Shown: piece after piece, positions 26,552-34,756 of the stretch
Numbering within the stretch: the first letter of the stretch is position 1
Layout of the letters: each line of letters starts with the position of its first letter
Source: an uncultured bacterium
Lineage (GTDB): Bacteria; Patescibacteriota; Saccharimonadia; UBA4664
Direction of reading: 5' to 3'
Length of the DNA: 64,000 bases
Assembly: GCA_963720265.1 (NCBI GenBank)
Contig: CAVRET010000001.1
Coordinates: forward strand, 197,916 to 261,915
The notes under the pieces: model-generated
Told to the model about the DNA's origin: nothing
Seen by the model: only the letters and a program-made list of their open reading frames with translations
Database searches by the model: none
Translations under genes and position numbers: made by a program

Positions 26552-27127
26552 CTACATGCTCCCAGTGCCGTCGGCCCGGCTATCATGGATGACTTGTAAA
26601 ATCTTTTCGTGCAGGTCAGCCGGTTTGTGAACGCATTCGATAGCAAAATTCCCGACCCAGGTGTTCATTGAAATGTCACCATAGCCGAAAAGAGCGCCTT
26701 GCAGGCCTGGTACTTTGTAGTCAACTCCGTGCACGCTGCCATGAAAGACCACATTGACCTCACGGCGGAAGAACGATTTGAGCCGGATGCTCACGGTGCG
26801 CTCCCCTGTCACAATAAAAACGCTGTAATACCACAAGCTCCAGCGGTAAACCCAGTAGGCCAATACGACGAGCAGCGTATAGAGATCAATGCGGACAAAC
26901 AGACCGCTGAGACCGTTAACCTCGTATGAGAAGGGAAAGTCGAGGGGCAAAATAACTACCAGAAGCGCGAGCAGCCCCAGAATTAAGGCTTTGCGCATGA
27001 CCAACGGATGCTGACGGAAGACAAAACGGATGTCTTCGTCCTCGTGTTGGCCGGGAAAGGCCGGGTTCTGGGCGGCCGGCGCGGATTGTTGTTTGATAAC
27101 ATCTCTGGGATCTGGTGGCTGTGGCAT
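26552..27127 (-). CDS. bacterial PH-domain membrane protein
   Basis: FVFRQHP, 2 TMs, WYYSVFIVT.ER, LFGYGDI. Confidence 0.75.
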   Translation of the reverse strand: MPQPPDPRDVIKQQSAPAAQNPAFPGQHEDEDIRFVFRQHPLVMRKALILGLLALLVVILPLDFPFSYEVNGLSGLFVRIDLYTLLVVLAYWVYRWSLWYYSVFIVTGERTVSIRLKSFFRREVNVVFHGSVHGVDYKVPGLQGALFGYGDISMNTWVGNFAIECVHKPADLHEKILQVIHDSRADGTGSM

Positions 27128-27163
27128 AACGGTTTGGCTTTTGGTTAATAATGGAACTTGGGT

Positions 27164-28120
27164 TCAGGTTTGTCTAGCGACAGTTAGCGCAACATTGTGG
27201 GTCTGAGCACCACCGGCGTTCATGGCAGTGATGGCCAGGGGATACCGGCCTTCGGTGCCGGGTGCAGCTATGCCGGACAGGATGGCCTGGCCGTTGCCAT
27301 TGTCCGTGAGACTGAGGCCGGCTGGGAGTTTGCCGATAACGGATAGGGTTGAGGGCAACGGTGGGTTCATCACGGCAATGACGATGCTGCATGTCGCTCC
27401 CGGCACTGCAGTTACCGCTTGGCTGCCCGTGATTGCGGTCCGCTGGGTTGCTGGCAGGCCTAGGATTCTGCCATGGTGTCTGACATTCAAGTTAAACGAC
27501 TGGCCGCTTTCGGCATTGGCAAAGATCTGGTCGGCTGTACTTGGATAGGGATTCAGCCGGCGCATTGGGCTGAGCAGACTAAATGCGGTTAGTATCAGGT
27601 CTTGCGCTAAGTAGTAAATCGGGAAGATAAAGGCCGTGGGGTCACTGAAGTTTGCAACCATCAGAATAAGAGCTTCGGCCGGCATGTAAAGCGCGTACGT
27701 GACCCACTTTTCTTCATATGGGCGGGCCCAGCTGTGGACGAAGGTGGGAATCGTACCGATAAACTGGACCAATACTGCAATGAACACGGTTAGTACCGGA
27801 TCGTTGGCAATAAACAAGATGCAAACACAGCCGAGCGCACCAATGAGACAACCGGCGTCGAGAGCGCTAACGCTGCGGTCGCCGTTGCGCAAGCCGAGCA
27901 ACACCACCCATTCGGCCTCGAATCCGGTGGCGAGCGCGAAGGCCGCAGCCGGGATCTGGTGGTTGATAAACGATGCCGAAGCGCTGATGAATGACAGCAG
28001 CGACCACACAAACCAGGTGGCGAGGCGCGGTTTGACGTTGCCGTTGGCAATTTCCACGAGGTAGGGAATGGCGGCAACGACGGTAATCAGAATCGCCAGA
28101 ATGATAACGATGTTTTGCAT
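27164..28120 (-). CDS. multi-pass membrane protein fused to a C-terminal putative Ig (He_PIG-like) domain
   Basis: IPY...KP..ATWFVW and PT..HSW.RPYEE repeats; C-terminal GKLPAGLSLTDNGNG.A.LSG. Confidence 0.7.
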   Translation of the reverse strand: MQNIVIILAILITVVAAIPYLVEIANGNVKPRLATWFVWSLLSFISASASFINHQIPAAAFALATGFEAEWVVLLGLRNGDRSVSALDAGCLIGALGCVCILFIANDPVLTVFIAVLVQFIGTIPTFVHSWARPYEEKWVTYALYMPAEALILMVANFSDPTAFIFPIYYLAQDLILTAFSLLSPMRRLNPYPSTADQIFANAESGQSFNLNVRHHGRILGLPATQRTAITGSQAVTAVPGATCSIVIAVMNPPLPSTLSVIGKLPAGLSLTDNGNGQAILSGIAAPGTEGRYPLAITAMNAGGAQTHNVALTVARQT

Positions 28121-28212
28121 TAGATATATTGTACAAGACGCTTATGGTTGGGAACGAGAGGCGGGCCAGGGCATGTCGCCTCGGCCCGCCGCCCGCATGT
28201 AACGTTGTTTCC

Positions 28213-28947
28213 TCATGTTTCGGCTGGTACTCGTAGCTCGGCCGGTACGGCCTGGAGCCGTGAGCGGTCGAGAATGGCATCGGCCCGCTTGGGCTGTTCG
28301 TCTTTCATGTATTGACGGTCTTTTAGCCACCAGACGAACCAGTACAGCAGGTGTACATAGTGACGCTTGCGCTTGCGCTGCTCACCCTCACCGACGAGGT
28401 CGCCCCGGAGGCTGCGGTTGATCCCTCGCCACACCGCCTTATAGTGTGGCGTCTGCACCCAGACCTTGAAGTGCGCATAGGTTTTGACCATCTCGTACGG
28501 GAAGCGTCCGACGACCAAGACGATCTCGGCGCCCTCGACAGTCACGATATCGCCGCGTTCTTGGGTCGCCCAGTTCTTGAGCCAGTATCGCATGACGTGG
28601 CCCTTCGAGGCTGGTTCGAAGATCTCTTGCCTGAACTGAGCGAAGTCGTAATTGAGCTTCCAGCCGCGAGCCCACTTGAAGAAGAAGCTGGCGACCCAGC
28701 CTTGGATGCCCTTCTCGTCTCTGAGGTAATTGTCGTCTTCGATGACCGCAACTAGCTCGACGTTCCCGCCTAGTGCTACCACCAGCAGTTGCATGAGTAG
28801 TGCGGCGGCGAATGACTTACCCCCGCCCGCGACACCACTTACATATATGACGGTTGGACCTGTCTTGCCCCTAGCGAGGCGGCCTCGGTAGACGTCGAGG
28901 ATAGGCTTGCAGAGTGCTCTGACGTCTCCGGTTTTGAACTGAGCCAC
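28213..28947 (-). CDS. uridine kinase-like P-loop protein
   Basis: IYVSGVAGGGKS, DDNYL, YDFAQF, QPKRADAIL. Confidence 0.65.
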   Translation of the reverse strand: MAQFKTGDVRALCKPILDVYRGRLARGKTGPTVIYVSGVAGGGKSFAAALLMQLLVVALGGNVELVAVIEDDNYLRDEKGIQGWVASFFFKWARGWKLNYDFAQFRQEIFEPASKGHVMRYWLKNWATQERGDIVTVEGAEIVLVVGRFPYEMVKTYAHFKVWVQTPHYKAVWRGINRSLRGDLVGEGEQRKRKRHYVHLLYWFVWWLKDRQYMKDEQPKRADAILDRSRLQAVPAELRVPAET

Positions 28948-29128
28948 ACAATCACTCCGATCTAGCTCGTGGCACTCACCGACTATGGAATCTGCGAACC
29001 CTAGGGTTCGTTGGAATCCTCCAAATCAAGGAACATATCTGTTATGCTATCATGCGTTATCTGGAAAGCCAAACGTTGTGGCACTGCATGGTTGAACTTG
29101 AACACGCTTGTGCTATATTAATGTCGAT

Positions 29129-29869
29129 ATGAATTTTAAAAACAAAAATAAAACTAACATTAGGTCAGTTCTGTTTGATATGGACGGCGTGATTGTCGAG
29201 AGTGTGCCGATTCATACGAAAGCAGCCCAGAACGTTCTGCGGAAATATGGTTTGGAGCTGACAGACGAAGAGTACCGCCAGCATTTTGCCGGTCGCACGG
29301 ATGAGGCCGGGTTTGCGTATTATCTTGAACTTCAGGGCGCGGACGAGCTGGATTTGGCGGGGATGCTGCGGGAGAAAGCGGCCGAATATGCGGCGTTGTC
29401 GACCGGCGAGCTTAAGCCGTTTCCTGGTGTGGTCGAGTTTATCCAGTCGCTGGCTGGCAGCGGGGTAACGCTCGCTCTCGTGACTGGCTCGATCCGGCCG
29501 GAGGCGGAACTGGCGCTGACAACGTTTAAGGTTCGCCAGCTGTTTCGTGAGCTGGTGACAGCTGATGATATTGTGCATAGCAAGCCGCACCCAGAGGGGT
29601 ATTTGAGGGGTCTGCGAGCGCTCGATGCCTTGCCGGCTCATACGGTGGTTATAGAAGATGCGCCGGACGGAGTGTATGCCGCGAAGCGGGCTGGGATGCG
29701 ATGCGTGGGTGTGACCAATACATGCAGCTCCAGGGAGCTGGCGGCTGCAACTGTAGTGACGGCGCAGCTTGCACCCGGCTGCCTGGATGAGTTGCTACCG
29801 ATAGAACCGCTGTTTGATATTTGCCCGTCGTTTTGGCAGCCGCCGGTTATCACGCGACAACATGCGTGA
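29129..29869 (+). CDS. HAD-family phosphatase (beta-PGM/CbbY-like)
   Basis: LFDMDGVIV, KPHPEGY, VIEDAPDG motifs. Confidence 0.92.
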   Translation: MNFKNKNKTNIRSVLFDMDGVIVESVPIHTKAAQNVLRKYGLELTDEEYRQHFAGRTDEAGFAYYLELQGADELDLAGMLREKAAEYAALSTGELKPFPGVVEFIQSLAGSGVTLALVTGSIRPEAELALTTFKVRQLFRELVTADDIVHSKPHPEGYLRGLRALDALPAHTVVIEDAPDGVYAAKRAGMRCVGVTNTCSSRELAAATVVTAQLAPGCLDELLPIEPLFDICPSFWQPPVITRQHA

Positions 29870-29958
29870 GGGTTGGCTCGGCGTAGGTTTGGGATTGTTA
29901 CTGCTGACAGAATGGTGACCGCTGTTGTACGGTAGGTCTGGAGAGCGGGGTTTTTGTT

Positions 29959-30294
29959 ATGCCTGAAGGGGCGCAGGATGGGGCCGGCGTTAAGCTGATT
30001 GACCCAGTGGAATTTTTTAACTTCATGGCCACTTATAGCGACTATCCAACCAATGGCTACAAGTTGTCGGGGGCTGCCAAACGGAGTGGGTATTCGGCTG
30101 ATTTGGTGCACTTTTTGGCCGGAATGCCGGGACAATTTGCGAATGAAGCTGAAGTTCTGCCGCTGGCCGAAGAGATTGACCAACCGCCGCGCGGCCAGGT
30201 GCTTGCCACCGGGTCTGAGCTGCCTGATGGGTCCCTGGCCGAAGCGCCGACGGCCCAGCTAACGATTGACGACATTACAACCGGCAAGCCTTAA
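29959..30294 (+). CDS. hypothetical acidic protein
   Basis: 111-aa ORF with plausible composition. Confidence 0.55.
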   Translation: MPEGAQDGAGVKLIDPVEFFNFMATYSDYPTNGYKLSGAAKRSGYSADLVHFLAGMPGQFANEAEVLPLAEEIDQPPRGQVLATGSELPDGSLAEAPTAQLTIDDITTGKP

Positions 30295-30592
30295 GACAGA
30301 TCGTGGGTACTGCGGATGCGGCGCGAGTCTGGCTTGCGTGTAGGGTTCGTAACTTTTGATGATTGCTGATTCGGTTTGGTCTGGCCCACGTTTTTAGTGA
30401 GTAGTTGCATACAAGGGGGTGGGCCCGGAGGTTGTAACGCCATCTCCGGGCCCTGGTCTATTACAGCGAGCCTCCCATAGGACGTCCCCCGTCCGTTCGG
30501 TCGGAGCGTTAGCTCCGAGTAGCCATGGAATTGAGTACAACAGAGTTCCTCTCTTCCCTTACTTGGGGTGACGAGGTCTAGATCACCCACTC

Positions 30593-31027
30593 TTATTCAC
30601 CGCTCGCCCACAGGCGTTCAAATAACTCGCGCATGTGCTTGGCAAGAGGGTCGCTGGTTACCGCCCGGGCAACGACGGTGTCGTCACGCTCCGTCAGGAA
30701 CATGACCGTGTTGCCGACGATCGTGAGGTCAACGTATGGCTTGAGAACCCTTTGCGGCAGGTACCGAGATTCTCGATTGAGCAGATGATCGCTCATGCTG
30801 TACACTGGCCCTTGCGAGCTTGAGTACAGGAATCTACTCGGTATGCCGGCTTGGAGTCTGGCGGGATTCCCGGAGCTGTAGGAATACTCCGGGAAGTTGC
30901 GCTCTAACATGTCCATGTCGGAGATGCCATACACTATCTCCGGCAGATTAGGACGCTGGAAAAGAGACCCTACGAGGGCTCGCACCGCATCCGCGCCGCG
31001 AGCTTCTCTTGGGCTGTCTCTCTCCAT
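30593..31027 (-). CDS. stand-alone TrmB C-terminal (effector/PLD-like) domain protein
   Basis: SRYLP...DLTIVGNTVMF...LAKHMRELFERLW; SD GGAGGT; no HTH. Confidence 0.55.
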   Translation of the reverse strand: MERDSPREARGADAVRALVGSLFQRPNLPEIVYGISDMDMLERNFPEYSYSSGNPARLQAGIPSRFLYSSSQGPVYSMSDHLLNRESRYLPQRVLKPYVDLTIVGNTVMFLTERDDTVVARAVTSDPLAKHMRELFERLWASGE

Positions 31028-31069
31028 TTTTGACCTCCACCTGTGTTATAGCCTAGTTTTGGGCATATG

Positions 31070-33853
31070 TCACGGTGCTTTTTTGTCATTTTTTCGTTGC
31101 GACGGCTTTAAGCGCCGGGTGCTTGACACGGGCACGTTTTCGCGAAATGTGGGTTCGCGTGGAGTTGAAACCCGTTTGGACTCATGCTTTGTGTGGAATG
31201 TTACTCCAGTTTGCTCATCGTAGCTTGCTGTAACTTCGAGCCCTTCGGCCAGGTCCCCGCTGAGAACGGCCTTGGCAAGCGGGTTTTCGATTTCGGTGCG
31301 GATACGGCGTCTGAGCTCGCGGGCGCCGTACTCAGGCGCATAGCCAACCTCTGCCAGATGGTCGATTACAGCCGGCGAAATTACTAGCTTTATGTCTTGG
31401 CCGCGGGCTGTGCGCCGGACGCGCTCGAGTTGGAGCTCAACAATATCCCGGATTTGTTTTTGATCGAGCGCCTGAAAGATGATAATTTCATCGATCCGGT
31501 TGATAAATTCCGGCCTAAAGTAGCGCCGGATTTGCTCCATGAGGCGGTCCTTTAGCTTTTCGTACGACATTTTGTCTTCATCATGTTTGCCGAGTTCATC
31601 CTGAATGAGATTTGAACCAAGGTTTGAGGTGGCTATGATAACGGTGTTGGTGAAATCAACGACGCGGCCTTTGCCGTCGGTAAGGCGGCCGTCGTCGAGT
31701 ACTTGGAGCAAAATATTTTGCACATCGGGGTGGGCTTTTTCGATTTCATCGAGCAAAATCAGGCTGTGCGGCCGGCGGCGAATGGCCTCGGTGACCTGAC
31801 CACCTTCTTCGTAACCAACGTAACCGGGAGGCGAGCCAATGAGCCGGGAGACGGCGTGGCGCTCCATGTACTCGCTCATGTCGATACGGGTGACGGCGTT
31901 TTCGTCGCCGAAGACAAGCCAGGCGAGGGCCTTGGCCAGTTCGGTTTTACCCACACCGGTTGGCCCTAGGAAGAGGAAGCTGGCGATCGGCCGGTGGCCC
32001 TCGGTAAGGCGGGCGCGCGAGAGGCGGATAGCATCTGAGACGGCTTGCACGGCTTCATCTTGGCCGATGATGCGCTCGTGCAAACGCTCTTCCAGGCGGA
32101 GCAATTTGTCGCGCTCTTCCTGGGTCAGCTCATGGACTGGGATACCGGTGAGTCGCGACACGACGGCCGCGATATGCTCGGCTGTGACCTCGCGCGATTC
32201 AGAACCACGGGTACGACGCCAATCGGCGGCGCGGTCTTCGCGCTCAGCTGCGAGGTTGGCTAGCTCATGCTCAAGGCGCTTGGCTTTATCGTATTGTTTA
32301 TGATTGGTAGCGTATTCTTGTTCGCGCCGTTTGGCTCCGATTTGCTCGTCCAGCTGTTCAATTTCTTGGCTAAATGTATCGGCGCTAATGCGGACTCTCG
32401 ATGCGGCTTGATCGACGAGGTCGATGGCTTTATCTGGCAAAAACCGGTTGGCGATGTAGCGGTCAGAGAGTTCAACCGCGGCTACAATGGCCTCGTCGGT
32501 AATTTTAACCTTGTGATGGGCTTCGTAGCGGTCGCGCAGGCCGCGCAGAATCTCGATGGCTTGATCAACGGTCGGTTCAGCCACAAACACCGGCTGGAAG
32601 CGGCGTTCGAGCGCAGCATCGCGCTCAATGTGCTTTTGGTATTCATCGAGCGTGGTGGCACCAATCAGGTGGAGCTCGCCTCGGGCCAGGGATGGCTTGA
32701 TGACGTTTGACACGTCGAGCCCTCCCTCAGTGCTGCCAGTGCCTACGATTGAATGTAGTTCGTCAATGAAGAGGATGAGCTCGTCTTGATGGGCGATAAC
32801 TTCGTCGAGCACAGCCTTAAGGCGTTCCTCAAATTCGCCGCGGTATTTGGAGCCGGCTACGATTGAGTTCAGGTTGATTTCGATCACCCGTTTGTCCTGG
32901 AGCACTTGGGGGATCTTGCCACCCTCAATGCGTTGGGCGAGACCCTCGACGATCGCGGTTTTGCCGACGCCCGGCTCGCCGATGAGAGCGGGATTGTTTT
33001 TAGTACGCCGCGAAAGAATTTCAATGGTGGTTTCAATTTCGTCAGCGCGGCCGATAACGGGATCGAGACGGCCTTGCCGCGCGAGCGCAGAAAGGTCGCG
33101 GGAGTATTTGTCGAGCTGAGGTGTCGTACTCCCCGACTCAACCCGGCCCTCGCGCGCGCCTTCGCCGACTACCTTCACGACTTGCTGGCGCACCGATTCG
33201 GGGGTGAGGTCGTATTTGCGCAAGACGTCGCTGGCTAGGCCCTCGTCCTCGCCGACGAGGGCAATGAGCAGATGTTCCGGTCCGACGTAGCTATGCCCCA
33301 TTGACCGTGATATGCGAAATGCTTGTTCGAGAATACTTTTAACGCGCGGCGAGACGCTGACCTGCGCTTGGTCTTCGCGCTTTGGCGAGGGCTGACTTTT
33401 GGGCGCGTTGTCATCGAGGAACCGCCTCACTTCTTCGGGCTTGAGCTTAAATCCACGCAAAACCTCCCGCACCACATCGCTATCCAGGAGTGCGTATAGC
33501 AGATGCTCAGTGTCGACTTCGCGGCGGCCAAATTCGAGCGCTACTTCAGCGGCGCGCTGGATCAGATCTTTGGTGTGCTCAGAGATAAAATCTTCAATAT
33601 TTACGGCCTCGCGGTCGCGGGGAATCGGGTAGCCGAGTTGGGAACTGAGTTCAGGAACGTCGTCGGAGAGTAGGTCAAACAGTCCCGGGCCGCGGAACAA
33701 CGACTCGAACGGTGAATTCATGGATTGCTGCTGGCGCAACCTGGCGTAGTCGATGTTGCAGAGCTCCAGCTCGCGCTCGTGGCCGTCCTGAATGATGCGG
33801 ACGCGGTGAGTAGCCGGCCGGTAGCCGTCAATGTCACAAATGCCGTTTGCCAT
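31070..33853 (-). CDS. clpG: ClpG/ClpK-like Hsp100 disaggregase (ClpC-related)
   Basis: Extra N1 domain (C..D.RPATHRV...LCNIDYARL.RQQ..SPFESLF), double Clp-N repeats, two intact AAA+ modules, short M-domain, no IGF loop. Confidence 0.75.
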   Translation of the reverse strand: MANGICDIDGYRPATHRVRIIQDGHERELELCNIDYARLRQQQSMNSPFESLFRGPGLFDLLSDDVPELSSQLGYPIPRDREAVNIEDFISEHTKDLIQRAAEVALEFGRREVDTEHLLYALLDSDVVREVLRGFKLKPEEVRRFLDDNAPKSQPSPKREDQAQVSVSPRVKSILEQAFRISRSMGHSYVGPEHLLIALVGEDEGLASDVLRKYDLTPESVRQQVVKVVGEGAREGRVESGSTTPQLDKYSRDLSALARQGRLDPVIGRADEIETTIEILSRRTKNNPALIGEPGVGKTAIVEGLAQRIEGGKIPQVLQDKRVIEINLNSIVAGSKYRGEFEERLKAVLDEVIAHQDELILFIDELHSIVGTGSTEGGLDVSNVIKPSLARGELHLIGATTLDEYQKHIERDAALERRFQPVFVAEPTVDQAIEILRGLRDRYEAHHKVKITDEAIVAAVELSDRYIANRFLPDKAIDLVDQAASRVRISADTFSQEIEQLDEQIGAKRREQEYATNHKQYDKAKRLEHELANLAAEREDRAADWRRTRGSESREVTAEHIAAVVSRLTGIPVHELTQEERDKLLRLEERLHERIIGQDEAVQAVSDAIRLSRARLTEGHRPIASFLFLGPTGVGKTELAKALAWLVFGDENAVTRIDMSEYMERHAVSRLIGSPPGYVGYEEGGQVTEAIRRRPHSLILLDEIEKAHPDVQNILLQVLDDGRLTDGKGRVVDFTNTVIIATSNLGSNLIQDELGKHDEDKMSYEKLKDRLMEQIRRYFRPEFINRIDEIIIFQALDQKQIRDIVELQLERVRRTARGQDIKLVISPAVIDHLAEVGYAPEYGARELRRRIRTEIENPLAKAVLSGDLAEGLEVTASYDEQTGVTFHTKHESKRVSTPREPTFRENVPVSSTRRLKPSQRKNDKKAP

Positions 33854-33862
33854 GTCTTCCTC

Positions 33863-34432
33863 CTAATATGTGATAAGTTCAGCCCGTTTCAGACGCTCGG
33901 TCCAATTTACCAGTGCCTCCATGAGCGCTCGGATCTGCTCGCGAGTAGGCTCATCGGTGAGCCGGCCGTTAGAATCAAACTTGGTGGCGGCATTGGCGAT
34001 GAGCACCTCTGGCTTGTTCATAACGTACATGTTGAGATAGAACAGAATTTGTCTTAGGTGATACTGCGCCCTAGCGGTACCAATGGGGCTCATGGAGGCG
34101 CCCATAATTGCGGCTGGTTTGTCGTCTCAGGCCGAGTCGCCGTACGGACGAGATACCCAGTCGATGGCGTTTTTGAGCACACCAGGGATGGAATAATTGT
34201 ATTCCGGGGTGGAGAAGAGGACCGCATCCGAGGCCCGGATAGTTCGTTTGAGTTCGTCGACGCTGGCTGGCGGTGATGCCTCGCGGTCTTGGTTGTACGA
34301 CGGAATGTCATAGAGCTCTACAATCTCCAATTCAGTATCGGGTGGTGCGAGTTCTGCGGCCGCACGCAATGCCGTGCGGTTGTATGAACCGCGGCGCAAA
34401 CTTCCCGCGATGCTGACGAAGCGAAGTTTCAT
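33863..34432 (-). pseudogene. NADPH-dependent FMN reductase (ChrR/SsuE-like) interrupted by an in-frame TGA
   Basis: GSLRRGSYN and TPEYNYSIPGVLKNAIDW, then RPYGDSA-TGA(34129-34127)-DDKPAAIMGAS continuing in the same frame. Confidence 0.85.
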
Positions 34433-34590
34433 AGTTGACTCCTTTTTGTTGGCGGCTCCGCCACCCACATGAAAGCAACTGCGGGCGGCGGCGTCATGGT
34501 GAATTCTTACAGCATAACCGGCATATGATAAAACGCTGCCCGGAGGCAGGATGGCGCTTTACGTCCGCGCCAATATCGTACCATTGGCGC

Positions 34591-34690
34591 ATGAAACTTC
34601 TGCTTACCTCAGCCGGATTATTCGGGCGGCGGCCAATCTGGTGGGAAAACCGGCGGGCGAGGTGAATGTGGCGATGGTGGACGGTCGGCT
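34591..34690 (+). pseudogene. N-terminal remnant of a peptidase S51 (dipeptidase E-like) gene
   Basis: MKLLLTSAGL, then after a frameshift RAAANLVGKPAGEVNVAMV; TACCAT -10 lies 6 nt upstream. Confidence 0.55.
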
Positions 34691-34756
34691 GGCTGTCAAC
34701 GGCATTTAAGCATAAGCATTGAGAATTGCTTCTCCCGTGTGTAAGATACAGGCAAG

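Noticed and set aside
10473-30453. Hairpins after orphan genes as integron attC sites
   Set aside because: No consistent RYYYAAC...GTTRRRY ends, no shared sequence, not arrayed and no integrase.
34127-34129. Genome-wide UGA recoding (code 25 or 4) or selenocysteine
   Set aside because: TGA ends many intact genes here, including ATGA overlaps; only one in-frame case was seen, at a Trp position rather than Gly or Cys.
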